Origin: Tubulanus polymorphus | Lineage: Eukaryota > Animalia > Nemertea | Direction of reading: 5' to 3' | NCBI RefSeq assembly: GCF_964204645.1 | Contig: NC_134027.1 | Location: forward strand, 19,988,560-20,052,559 | Length of the DNA stretch: 64,000 bases | Part shown: in pieces, positions 11,407 through 26,757 of the stretch | How the letters are laid out: each line of letters opens with the position of its first letter | Numbering within the stretch: the stretch's first letter is position 1 | Position numbers and translations under genes: made by a program | Notes under the pieces: generated by a model | The model's database searches: none | What the model saw: the letters and a program-made list of their open reading frames with translations, nothing else | What the model was told of the DNA's origin: nothing

Positions 11407-14400
11407 TTAACACGTTAGAATTCTTTTCATTATCTCGTTCTCTTTTGTTTCTTCTCTTTTAGATTTTAAGTATTCATCTAAATTACAACCATAAGCAACT
11501 GTATGAATTCCATCATCTAAAATATATCTTTTATCATCAAATGGGTTTAGACTTATCTTTTCAATTTCTTCAATAAACATTTCATGATCTTCAGATCTTA
11601 AACATCTCATCTTATGTTTTCTAACTTCTTCATTGAATATACAATTGATGTAATCTTTGAAATGAATATTCTTTTCTACTACACTTTTGGTTATTCCTTT
11701 TAACTTTTTAGCTTCATGTTCTTTAGTTTTATATGAATACATTTTAGATCTAATACCGATGAATTCAATCATTTCTTCACCACCTAATTCATCTTTGAAT
11801 TTACCGGGAATTTTTTTATTATCATTGCTAAACAATTCATGATCTTTAGGATAGTTACTAAAATCAAAATGATGTTTTGATGTTTTTAAATCATCAGTTA
11901 TGTTATCAGTTTTTATCTTTAATATGTAACTGTCAGTATCAAAATATAATATTTCTATATGTTTTTCTCCAAAAAGTGGTTGTAATACATTATAATAGAA
12001 TTCATACATTAGTAATTTTGATAATTCTAAAACTGAAGCGCCAACATAGATTGGTTTATTAAATTTCATTGATGTTCTTCTCATCTTAACTGCAGCTAAA
12101 TTTTCATCAAATATTCTGTTACCAATGAACTTAGGATATGATTGTAAATGCCTTATCCTTTTACCATTACTGACTAACTCAATATCATTTCTATGTCTAA
12201 TATTTTCACAAGTCTTACCATAGAATGCATTATTCATTAACTTGAAGAAATCTTTCTCGAAATCAGTTTTAGCTTCAGTTCTCTGTTTGGTGTTAAAATC
12301 TATATATTTTTCTAACCACTTAGATTGACTAAATGAAATATATCTATGTACTTTTTTTAGAACCATTCCTTGATTCAAATAAAGCTTCAACATTCTATAA
12401 TGTACTACATAATTATATTTATCTTCTTGAGTTACCATTAACTTTTCTGTATGAATATGATTTTCGGGTTTAATTCTTTTTTGATAATTTGATAATTCTT
12501 CATGAGTTACAGTTTTATGTTCGGGACAGTAAGCTAGATTTCTAGATTAAATTTAATATGTTCAGGATATTCTAAATCTACAACAAAGAAGTAACCAGTA
12601 TCTGAATCATCTGTTATATCTAGGATTCTTTTCTTCCAATCAAATTTATCATTATTTTCATTCTGTAAAACTTCAGTTAATTCAAATACTCCATAAGGTT
12701 GTGGTTCCATCATTGCCCGACCACAAATTATTTGCATCTATATATAATAACTTATATCCGGGGTTATCATTTACATTGAAATATCTATCCTCCAATACAC
12801 CTGAAACTCCTCCTCTTATAGATTTTTCAAATAATAGTAATTGATCTATATTTGTTAACAAATCCATTTTTATATCTGTAAATTTTAATCCACAATCCCA
12901 TGTTAATCCTGGTGATGAATAACAATGACAAGGATCAGTATTGAAATATTTTAGGTTTACATCTCTAAACCTTTCGAATATATCAGTTAATAATAATACA
13001 TCTGATTTTAAATATATATCTACTAATTGCCCATGATTTTCTATTTTGAAATGATTCCAAATATTCAATGTTCTATTATAGACTTCATCTTTAACATATT
13101 CATTTTTTAATTCATCATAGAATTGTTCTTTCAATAATTCAGTTATATTGATATCATTATGATTTTTATAGAAAGAATATGGAATTGCGCCTTTATATCT
13201 CATTAATTTAAAATCATCATTATTTGGGTAATGTTGTTTTAATATTTTCAATTCATCATCAACTAATGATTTTGATAAGTTATCTAATGAACTATTTAAA
13301 AATCTATATGAATCTATAAATCTTAGGCAACCAAATTGGAATGATATATAATTCTCAGATGTTTTAGCTAACATTCTAAATTTATAAGTTGGTATTTTAT
13401 CTTTTGATCTATTTGAATTTAATCTTTCTATTTCATTATTAATTTCTTCTATTTTATGACATAACTGTTTAATGAATAAATGCGCATCATATCCTGATAG
13501 ATTATGAAATATAACTGGTACAAAATTAATTTTCTTAGCTTGTATGTTACAATTCTCATGTGCAGCGCCTCTAAACTTTCATTCAAATGATCATGGTCTC
13601 TTACTTTTTTATCTTTATAATTAAATATCTTTTCACTATAATAACATTTATCTGCAAACGCAAATGCTTCTTTATCTTCTTCTGTCATTATAATTTCTAT
13701 ATTTGTATTCAATAATTTACTAAATCTTATTTTATTTCATATTCAATTAATAAGTCACAAAAATGATTGATAACATTTTCATTTCTATAATGATAATATT
13801 CACTTTTAATTAGTTCTGGATAATCAGATTTAATATATAACCCGAAAGCAGCAGCTGATTGATGAATCTTTTTAATAGTATTTGTTTTTGGTGGTTCTTC
13901 AGAATAATCATTTTCATTAGAATTTAATTTCTTTCTTTTATAATATATTTCTTTTCTATCTTGATCAGTTAATTCTTTATTTAATGATTCAAAATCTCCA
14001 TATATTACAAATGGTACTTTATTTTTGTAATCATATTTTTTGAATTCTAATATTTTATCTTTTTCATTTGGTAAAACTAATTTACAATAATCATGATTTT
14101 CACATAATTGTTTATGATTTAATAATGTACTTTCATTACTGAATCTATGTAAACATTTTCTACAAAGATATATTTTATGGTGATCATTTTCTGATTTAAA
14201 AAATAAATCTATTTGTTTAATCCACATATAATGATTCTCATAATATAAAATATCTATAACATCGTTTGAATCATAATCTTTTGATAGGTATAAAGGATCT
14301 AATGTATAATGTTTTATATTGTTACCTTTTGTATTTGGTAATTTGATTAAATCAAATGCATTTATCTTTATATTATTATCTCTTTCTATTTTTGGGATGT

Positions 14401-15441
14401 TTTTAATTCTAACAGGATACTTATCTATCTTATAATTATTTTCAAATGGTTTATAATGAGTTAGTCTAAAACTATGTGTAATATCTTCTGTTGGGTGTAA
14501 ACAACTTATTATAGGCCATAGAAAACATTTATCATCTTCATTTTGTACATTTATTACAGCATTAGTTTTAAATGGTAGTTTAATATAACTCGATGCTTCA
14601 ATATCTGGTTCTTTATAATATGATACATTATTTTCATCAATTGGTTTTGATTTAGTTAACTTATTATATTTTGTGTTATAAACATGTAAAGTCATAAATA
14701 TTATTTCATCAAATATTAAACCAGATCCTTCAAAATGTTTCTCTTCTATTTTAGTTTTTACTTCATTATAACATTTATCTAATTTATCATCTATATGTTG
14801 TTTAGATATAATATGTTGTGAATGAGAATTTATATTATATATTGGTTTATCTTCAGATTTTATAAACTTTACTTTTGATGAAATATTTTAGGATATTCAA
14901 CATCAGTTATTATTTTTATTATTTCTTTCATATTTTCTAAATGTTTTTTATTTTCTTCTAATGTTTTTCCTTTATGAAATTTAAACTCGATAGCTGCTGG
15001 ACCAATATCACTTTTAAATGCTTCGGTTATCTCTATATCTTTTTTATTATCTAATGAATTAATATATTTTCTTACATCTTCCATGTATGGTCTTTTATTG
15101 TTTAATTTATTTCTTATTCTTTTAATTGTCTTCTGTTTCTTATCATTATCTTTATCAAAATAATCTTCACCTAAAATATCATTATTCTTATTTCTAATAT
15201 GACTTTTAGATTTTAAATGTTCTTTATAATATCTTTTATCACTGAATGATTGATTACATGTATCACATTTGTATGTTTCTTTTTCATTCTTTAATTCATC
15301 TAATTTAGTTTCTAATATATCATCTACATATTCTACTTTCAATTTATTCTCTAAATGTGTTTTAGTTTTTTTGTGTCTTGCTTTTTGGGATTTATCTATA
15401 TTGATTTTACATGTTGGACAGTAGTACTTATTTGCTTCCAT
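11407..15441 (-). pseudogene. polB: Protein-primed family B DNA polymerase, multiply frameshifted
   Basis: ExoI YGDFES, ExoIII YLKSDV, PolA YIDANNL, PolB KLMNNAFYGK, PolC YFDTDS. N-terminal C2H2 fingers, Cys/His protease-like segment (DDKCFLW...NHYMWI) and EndoVII-like insert (VRDHDHL). Confidence 0.93.
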
Positions 15442-15521
15442 TTTAATACTAAATTTTTTATTAAAATTGATTTTAGAAGTTCAATGATTTAAATGTTATT
15501 CATTTATATGAATATTTTAAG

Positions 15522-15924
15522 AGTAATAGGGGTAATGGGCTTTCATATCAAAGGTTGAATGGTCGAGTTCATTAAAAACATATATTAAAAGTAATTTAAA
15601 ACTATAATATATTTTCATAACCGTGTGTATTTCAGTTGAATAATAGAATAATTATTATTATTTGAATATATTTGATTATATGAATTTGTGTATTGTAAAT
15701 AAATCAATTGGTCGCGGAGCGGAGCGGCAGCGAAGTGGAGCTACCAATTGATTTAATACAATATGCTTTTTAAATTATTGATATTTTAGAATAAATATTT
15801 AGTTTTAATATAAAATGCACACGGTTATGAAAATATATTATAGTTTTAAATTACTTTTAATGTTTTGTTTTTAATGAGCTCGACCGTTCGACCTTTGGTA
15901 TGAAAGCCCATTACCCATATTACT
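15522..15924. repeat. Right terminal palindrome/TIR of copy 1
   Basis: AGTAATAGGGGTAATGGGCTTTCA at 15522 is inverted at 15901-15924; central stem AAATCAATTGGT...ACCAATTGATTT. Confidence 0.9.
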
Positions 15925-15938
15925 AAGTTTCTCAGCGG

Positions 15939-16068
15939 GATATCACTAAACCTAAGACCCCCTAAACCTAAGATCTAAGACCCGTTAGGTCTTATGTTTA
16001 GGGGTCTTAGGTTTAGTGACACCTATATATGATATACTAAACCTAAGACCCATAAACCTAAGACCCCC
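15939..16068. repeat. Short palindromic MITE-like repeat plus partial second copy
   Basis: TCACTAAACCTAAGACCCC...GGGGTCTTAGGTTTAGTGA (15939-16023). Confidence 0.65.
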
Positions 16069-16099
16069 AAATATCTCGTCTTCGAACTATCTGAGCTGC

Positions 16100-16220
16100 T
16101 ACTTCATGCGGTATCGCAAAGAGGTTATGTTTGGCCACCGTTTATCTATTGTTTGTTTGTTTCCATGAAACTTTTTATTAGCAACATAACTCGGAAATTT
16201 ATGAATGGATTTCTGTAAAA
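16100..16220 (+). repeat. Degenerate HINE/Helentron-like 5' end fragment
   Basis: GAGGTTATGTTT, then (TGTT)n microsatellite, then TTAGCAACATAACTC. Resemblance only. Confidence 0.35.
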
Positions 16221-16489
16221 TAGGTTTACACATGAACAGTTGATTCCTCTGAAGTTAAATTTATTTATTTTCAAGTGACCACTCTTGATTCGCCAACACA
16301 ACAGGCTGAGTTTAAATGATCTTATTCAACCAAATAACTCTCCTCATCGAGCTACATTTTTTAAATATTCATTCTTTTTTTCTAGAGATTGACAAGTAGT
16401 CGGTGAACTGACACATGTATTTTAGAACCATTTTTAAATCGCCCAAAGTACACAAAATTAATGAATTAGAGTCGGGTCTTTAAATATAC

Positions 16490-19583
<3,094 letters not shown>

Positions 19584-19960
19584 CACATCTTACCCCTCCT
19601 AATCAAAATCCTCAATGTTGTTTTATCCAATTACCACTTACCTGACCTCTGGAGACGTACCCCAGGCAACTACCCGGTTACTGCCGCTGGCAGTAATCTT
19701 TCAAGGTTATTCCGCGCTTATCTACGTGCTAGACTACTCTTATTTTCTGACAAACAATCCCCGATTGCCAGATAGGTTTTAAAAACAAATGCGTTCATCC
19801 GACCACATCCTAACCCTCAAAAGCCGTATCGAAAAATATCCTAACAAAGCCTTGAAGTCATATATTCACTGCTGCTTTGAAGACTTTTTAAGGTAGCCTT
19901 TTGATTCTGTTCCCCGTATAATGATGTTTCCCAATCTTCCCAGGAGCTATTTGCTCTCAA
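19584..19960 (+). pseudogene. Degenerate non-LTR retrotransposon (LINE) reverse transcriptase fragment
   Basis: Across frames: PGNYP, CQIGFK, DHILTLKS.IEKY, CCFEDF..AFDSVPR. Confidence 0.7.
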
Positions 19961-20799
19961 TTTTTTTTCTGAATCCCATCTGTCCCTTGGTCAATGGATC
20001 ACCCGCTGCAATTCACAACCCTACAACCCAATTTCGACCCTCCACCACGTACCCACCCAAGTCTGAAACAACCAAATGGCTTAGGAGCCAGGCTGCCGAA
20101 TGCCTCGAACACAAAGAAATCGATGAAATATAACAATCCATAAACCGGTATATAGAACCACCGAAGAGTTAACACCATGGATAAAGCAAAAATATCGGTT
20201 CAACGGCCTCGCCCCAACGCCAGTGCGACAAAAGCCGGGACAGCAGGTGTTAGTAGACCTGTGGCAACGGACGAGCAAAGAGAATATACATAGGCTTACA
20301 TAGAATATATAAAGACCGGTTCCCAAGGATGCACACAATGAATGCGCCAAACCTACGCCAAGGTAAGTCTTCCAGAATGTGATCAGTCAACCTAGATTGG
20401 TTGCCATCAACAATGACCAAAGGTTGCAATGATCATTCAAAAGAAACACAAATGAATTGTAAACGTGAATAACCTTGATAAAACCACGTTGAATTTCCAT
20501 AAGCAAAGTATAGGGTAGACGATGCACTGAAAAACTGATTTAGCTTTTGGATTAAAATCATGACCTTAAAATCGCCTGATTTACATACAAATGTATAGAC
20601 CATGGTCGGTCCCAAATTTGTCACTTTTAACACACTGGACCTCAGATTCCAACCGGGCGATCAACACCTTAATGATCCTATAATGATTCTATAACGGGAC
20701 TGATTCTTATCGTGTCTCATAGTTCTACAATAATTGTCTTACCATCTTAGCGAGCTCTTATAACTTAAAGTCCCATTTAACAGACTGGAGTCCACTTTT

Positions 20800-21140
20800 A
20801 GTCTACTTGGAATCTCATCATCTTCAAAGTCCTTCTATCGGACTCATCATCTTTATAGTCCACTCTTTTACAAAAGCCGAACTTATCTTTAAATTCCATC
20901 ATCTACAAAACCGGACTCTCATTATATTTACAGTCCTTCTACAACACCGGGCTCTTATCATATTTATAGACCATCGGACTCTTATCATCTTTATAGTCCT
21001 TCTTATGCAATCGGACTCTTATCATCTTTATAATCCTTCATCTACAATACCGGACTCTCATCATCTCTATAGCCCTTCTTCTACAATACCGGACTCTAAT
21101 CATCTTCGCAGTCCCCCTACAAATACCGGACTGGCCTAAG
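20800..21140. repeat. Degenerate ~36-39-bp minisatellite
   Basis: Recurrent CCGGACTCT(C/T)ATCATCTTTATAGTCC core. Confidence 0.7.
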
Positions 21141-21702
21141 CCAATGTGTCTCAACCAGAGTTGAGATCCGAAAAATTCCATACAACCACACACGTCTGAA
21201 CGCGACGAGATCCAAAGGAAGACTGATCGCTACGCTGATCACACGTGGCCAGTGTGAATACAGCAACCATGGACGTATAAACTAGACTTTCCAAAAAGAT
21301 GTATTGATGTCTTATAATCTGTTGTTGGCATCAAAATGAATGACTGACAATTTGCTCAAATTTTGTGAAAGTCCACTAATTATTTTGTTATATGTAGACC
21401 TACATGTAAACAATGTACATGAGCATAAGTAAATTTGATATGACTCAATGAAGGTGACTTAACTGTACGTCTAAACGGTCCCTGTAGTCAAACGTCGGAA
21501 CAGGTTCGAAATCGTTTCCACCGTTTAATTTCAATCGCGCAGAGGTTAAGTGAGCTTACGTTATCGTGGGTCGACTATTTGGTTTGAAGATGATTTCTCA
21601 GTCTCCTTAAGGAGTGTCAGTAAAAAGAAGTTTTCAAATTGGTAAGGTTCAAAACAATCGAAAAGCTTATTTCTTGACTGTAATGTCAACGATTAAAGTA
21701 AA

Positions 21703-22300
21703 GTCTGACTTATGTCGATAAGCAACTCGACACCACCGACTCCTACGGACGCAACTGAGAGCAACCGTGGTCGCAGCCCAGCTTATGTCAACTGCGCTCC
21801 GATTCGCAGCAACTGAGGCCAACTAGCGGGATACGAGGTCCTCCCAGTTTCTTCCCTGCTTATGTCGGTTACGATTACTGGCAACTGCAACGGCTCAGAC
21901 GGTCACGTGATAATTATTTTGAGAATAAAATAAATTTTAATTATTTTGAATTTTGGAAAATATATTTTTATTAGAAAAGCTTTTTCTTTAATATCTTTAT
22001 CTTTCTTATTCTGTTTTGAATACAATGTCAATGTGCTAGCGACATCGTATAGATGGTGATGCTGAACGTTTCGAAATCCTTGAATTTGAAAGTTTATGGT
22101 TAAATACGAATGTCGCTGACTAACGGTCATAATTTTTACTATGTATATGCGGTCTCTTAGCGGCTTGAACCCTTGCGCTCGGTTCCGTCGAGTCGCAGGT
22201 GAGCTTATGTCGGTTGCGATCGAAAACATCTGTCCGCCTACCGTAGGCCGGAGTAACTTGGGCAACTAACCGGATACGGCTTGCGACATAAGCCAGCCTC
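21703..22300. mobile_element. Old MITE-like element
   Basis: Degenerate inverted ends GTCTGACTTATGTCG / CGACATAAGCCAGCC; internal GCTTATGTC repeats. Confidence 0.4.
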
Positions 22301-22552
22301 TCGAAACGAGTCTATCAATATGTACGTAGTTTATTCCATGCGGCTTTCGTCATACCTTGGAGTAATTGGACTTACTCCAAGGTCACACAACATAAACAGT
22401 GATTCAGCTAATAGCGACGCAAATTTACACACAGAAAACAAAAAATACCATGACAAGATATTCTATATCAACGTTCATGGATAGTAGCAACGAAGATAAA
22501 TCTTACCGACAATGGAACCCTTAGACTACGTATAACTTGATTACAAAACAAA

Positions 22553-23801
22553 GGAATTGTCTATATCGGATGGCTCAGGATCACCTTTACAAATTTCGTT
22601 TCAGCAATCTTAGTTCTCAATTTATATCAAACTGCAGGTCGCATTTGGTTCGAGTCCGATTATGTGACAAGATTTTTAAAAAAATCTCTTAATTTTGTTC
22701 TCTTTGCTCGATTGTGTTTTTCTTCTGAAAGAGAAATCGTCTTTTAAACCAGTAGAAATTTACAATCTCTCAAAAAGTAGAATATCTGTTTTTCGTTTGG
22801 TCACAACAAAATTAGACGAAAAACCGCATGAATTATGTTTTTTCAAGAAAGAAATTAAATTGTTGAAAAGTTACAACTTATTTCTCGATGAAAATCCCAA
22901 ATAAATAAATAACCATTAAAACAAAATTCAAACAAAAATTGGAATGCTTTTACACGATACGAAGTTTATGTATTTACGGTAAAAAGAATCCTCAACGAAA
23001 TCAAACGAAATGTCATTGAGAATAAGCAAAAATACAACAAAACAGTTACAATGAAATAAGGGTAAGTAATTTGTCCATCTGTCATAACAAAATCGGAGAT
23101 AAACAATGACCATTTTCAATTATTGAGTGAATTTGACAATAGTCTACATTGAATAGGGGAAGCTGTGGCACTATTTCTAATAATATTATCTTCATGACGT
23201 GACTACCCTTCAGTCGCAAAGAGGTCTTTCTTTATGTTTCGAAAGGCTATACATCTGCAGTTAGACATTATCTATGGAAGTATCGATATAAACGAAGTTT
23301 TTTATTTTCTTGTCAATACCGGGTGAAAAACAATGGGCAATTGCAAACACAGGGCAAGATGTTAAGTTTCAAAACATTAATTTTTTCTGCCATTGTAGCA
23401 CAAAAAACACTTTCACAGTTATCACCCCAATATCGTAAACCTATGAGAAAAACATGCTGCAATAGCGCACACGATTACGCCTGACACAAAGATACACCGT
23501 ATAAATTCACACTACCGGTACATTTTATATGAACCGGTGTGAGTGTTGTGGACCATGGCATTTGCTAAAAGGTTAGTACGTATGAGAACTCATTTACACT
23601 ACGGTATACTGGATTTATCAAGCTTCACGCCCCTCCAACAAGCCCCTATGATCAGAACACTCTTGATGGTTCTCAACGGACTGCTTGAACCGGTTAAATC
23701 GACCGCCATGTCGGGACTGCGGTTCAATATAAATTGAGAACTTAGAAAGCCGAAACGAAATTTGTTAAGGCGATCCTGAGCCATCCGATATAGACAATTC
23801 C
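22553..23801. mobile_element. Non-autonomous TIR element (Mutator-like)
   Basis: ~90-bp inverted repeats starting GGAATTGTCTATATCGGATGGCTCAGGATC; 9-bp GATTACAAA on both flanks (22539-22547, 23802-23810). Confidence 0.6.
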
Positions 23802-24199
23802 GATTACAAATTGAGACTTCTCGGCAAGGGAAAAACGCGGGAAACCCCTGAGAAAACTGGACCGAATATTACACTAAAAAAACGGATTTGGAACTAGCTC
23901 TGACTAAAACACGGAAAAGACTGCCTTACATTGACACTGAAGCGCTTTGCCACATACGCATGTGCGATAAAAGACTCCTTTCTGGCGGTCACTGCAATCA
24001 TAGTATTTCAGGTAAAGCTTTTTAAGTGAATCAGAATTGGAGGTAAGTTAATTGTTTGAATTTAAACAGCGGAAACAGATTTGCGTATGATGATGAATGA
24101 TGATGAAAGCACCTATTTCACTGATTCAATGTTCAAAGGCGCTTCATTATAGTAATCCAGTAAACAGTAATCTATTAGGAGTCTTTTGAATTTATCCAG

Positions 24200-24625
24200 A
24201 TCGTACAGAAATATTTGCGAATTTCTCGTCCTAGTAAAAATGATGTTTGTAAAATTTATGGCTTAATTACAATCCTGGAACTCGAAAAATATTTCAAAAA
24301 GGAAATTTGTGAGTTCTATGGAAATTGTTAGGAATGTAGTGATGGTGGATGGAAGTGTAAATATGGCAAATGCAAGTGAAAGTCTTACAGGCATTATTGT
24401 TTGTACGTTTCCATAATGTCGTTTTTATTATCAGACGGAACAATCTTTGAACCCCTGAATAACTAAAACTACTATAACAGAATCCGAAATAATAATAGAT
24501 GTTAAAGGTGCAATAGGTGGATGACAATTACGTGAAATATTTTAATTTGACAAATAATTCATAGTAACATCCGGAATCCGCACCGGTCGAGTCGACAAAG
24601 TTGGTAGTAGATAAAGATTAAGTGA
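24200..24625 (-). pseudogene. GPCR 3'-half fragment, indel-rich, closest to the 30321-31268 gene
   Basis: Aligns by eye to ~30345-30765. Confidence 0.75.
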
Positions 24626-24643
24626 GGAAATCATGTAAAATTG

Positions 24644-25594
24644 CTATTCGGTTGTATTTCTGCTACAGATTTTTGTACAACAATATTCACGGATTTCTCG
24701 TCCTAGTAAAAGATATATGTAAAAATTAACAGCGTAGTTGCAAACTTGGAACTGAGTGAATATATCGAAGAAGTAATCTTTAAGCTCCGTAGAGGTGGGT
24801 AAAAATACAGCAACAGTGGTTGGGAGTGTAAAAATTGCAAAAGCAAGTGAAACTGTTACAAGCATTATTGTTGTACGTTTTGATTTAGTACTTTTCTTAT
24901 CGTGCGAGACAAGTTTTGAACCTCTTAGTAACTGAACTATTATCACAGAATTCGATGTTGTAATCAGAGTTAAAGGTAGAATATAAGATTGTACGACGAA
25001 TGCAACGAAGTACGTCAATTGATCGTGTAATTCATAATAACATCCAATGTACTGATCGGAAAAATGCATCGATACAATCGGTAGAAGATATAGTATCAAC
25101 GCGTTCACTGCACTAATTAGCAATGTAATAGATCTTGCAAATCTAGGTGTACATATCAAACGAGACGTGAACGGGAAGAGCACAACTGCCGCACGTTCTA
25201 AAGAAATAGCCACTATCAACCACGAGCTATTACAAGCTGTAAATGCCATCATAAATTCATAGATCTGACAACTAAGCAGTGACTTCATCATATATCTAGG
25301 ACCACCGTTTATACGCATAAGTAAAAACTGTAAAACAGGCATCAAAGCAAGATTGAAGCAAAACACAAAATCGCTGGCTGATAAAACGATGAGATAATTA
25401 GCGTAAGATAATCTTCGGAATCTGCGACTTGTCATTATCAAGAAAGTAGCTGAATTACCGAAGGCTCCAAACAGAAACACAATAGGTAGAATGACCAATG
25501 TCAGCGTACGGTAGCTTCCAGACTTGTTCATCAAAGACATGAGAACGATGTAACTAGCGTAAGGTCGACGAATTTGCATACCCGTAAAATTCAT
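24644..25594 (-). CDS. Intronless class A (rhodopsin-like) GPCR, peptide-receptor-like
   Basis: Seven hydrophobic segments; TM1 GN, TM2 LSASD, TM3 SLER, TM7 NFYIY. First ATG at 25594. Confidence 0.9.
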   Translation of the reverse strand: MNFTGMQIRRPYASYIVLMSLMNKSGSYRTLTLVILPIVFLFGAFGNSATFLIMTSRRFRRLSYANYLIVLSASDFVFCFNLALMPVLQFLLMRINGGPRYMMKSLLSCQIYEFMMAFTACNSSWLIVAISLERAAVVLFPFTSRLICTPRFARSITLLISAVNALILYLLPIVSMHFSDQYIGCYYELHDQLTYFVAFVVQSYILPLTLITTSNSVIIVQLLRGSKLVSHDKKSTKSKRTTIMLVTVSLAFAIFTLPTTVAVFLPTSTELKDYFFDIFTQFQVCNYAVNFYIYLLLGREIREYCCTKICSRNTTE

Positions 25595-26757
25595 GATTTC
25601 CACGCGTTGAACTGTACTGCTCAATGGTCTCAAAAATATTAGCAAATTGATTTAAATTGAAATATGTCAATGTAGATACCTCACTATTGATTTCTTATAA
25701 ACGGAGAACTAATATTCATTCATTAAGAGACGAAATTATCCAAAGAAAGGTTTATTGTCGACACAAATCAAAAATCAATTCTGTAAAACCCTCGAAACGC
25801 AACTCAGATTTGTGTTAAAGTTAATTGTGTAAAATATGATGAAACTAAATGAAAAAAGTCGTTCCTGACAATCAATTCCAAATACGCACAGGAAGAATAA
25901 GATGATAGGTATAACAGCTTCGATTAGAGAAGCTGTCCATCTATAAACGACCATGTAAATCTGTTTATAGAATAAATGCTGGGAAAATGTCGGAAGTTTT
26001 ACCAAGAGCTTGTACAATATAGTCAGAAATTGAGATTCTAGATGATTGATATTTGTTTTGACATACAAATTGCTTTTAAAAATCAAACCACTTGAAAAAC
26101 TATTAAATTCTACGTCCGAATTGAACTACAGAATCCAGGATCCTGTTGCGAACTTGTGAGTTCATATCAAGTCTCTAGTCAAGATAAGTCAAATTTCAAA
26201 TGTTGAACTCAAATATTAACAAAGAATCGTGTAGCAGTCGACCCATCCCATCTACGTATGCTTCCGTGTTGGTTACCCAATCACCTTCAGCACTAGTGGT
26301 TCGAGCCACTCCACCTCTGTTAAATAATAATATTAATAATAATAATTGTCATGTATACAGTGCAGGTATCCTGACCAGAGTCAGTTCAAATGCGCCTCAA
26401 ATTTGGTAACAAAATATAACCCCCAGCCTATAACTCTATTCCATGCAGGCCCATGCCGAGGGGGTTTGGGGGTAGCGAGCGACCCCATAAAGTTTTCAAA
26501 GTGCCCTTCAAAAAGTTGGTGTCAAAAAATTTGGGTCAAGATTTTTCGAAAATTGGATATAATTTTCATGCTTTGTTGGAAAATTAAAAGTAATCCATTT
26601 TCAAATGAATTATTCAGGTATTTTACCTTATGTGGTCTAATATGGAAACCTATTTGAATTGTATGCGATAGAGTATCGTACGTACAGGATTATACTGTAT
26701 GTAAAAATGTTAACCATAATGAAACACGCTCTCCGTGATGTGATGATAGCACACAAT

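Larger units (their letters stand above)
1..15924. mobile_element. Polinton/Maverick (adintovirus-like) element copy 1; left end outside window; degenerate
   Basis: Gene set of integrase, ATPase, capsid proteins and pPolB. Ends in ...CCCATATTACT at 15924, matching the Polinton 5'-AG...CT-3' rule. Colinear with copy 2. Confidence 0.93.

Noticed and set aside
1-15924. Bacterial prophage or tectivirus
   Set aside because: RVE integrase with chromodomain, no Shine-Dalgarno motifs, and flanking GPCR genes and eukaryotic transposons.
21380-21530. Similarity to 29720-29870 as a functional element
   Set aside because: Looks like two old fragments of a dispersed repeat with no structure to support more.
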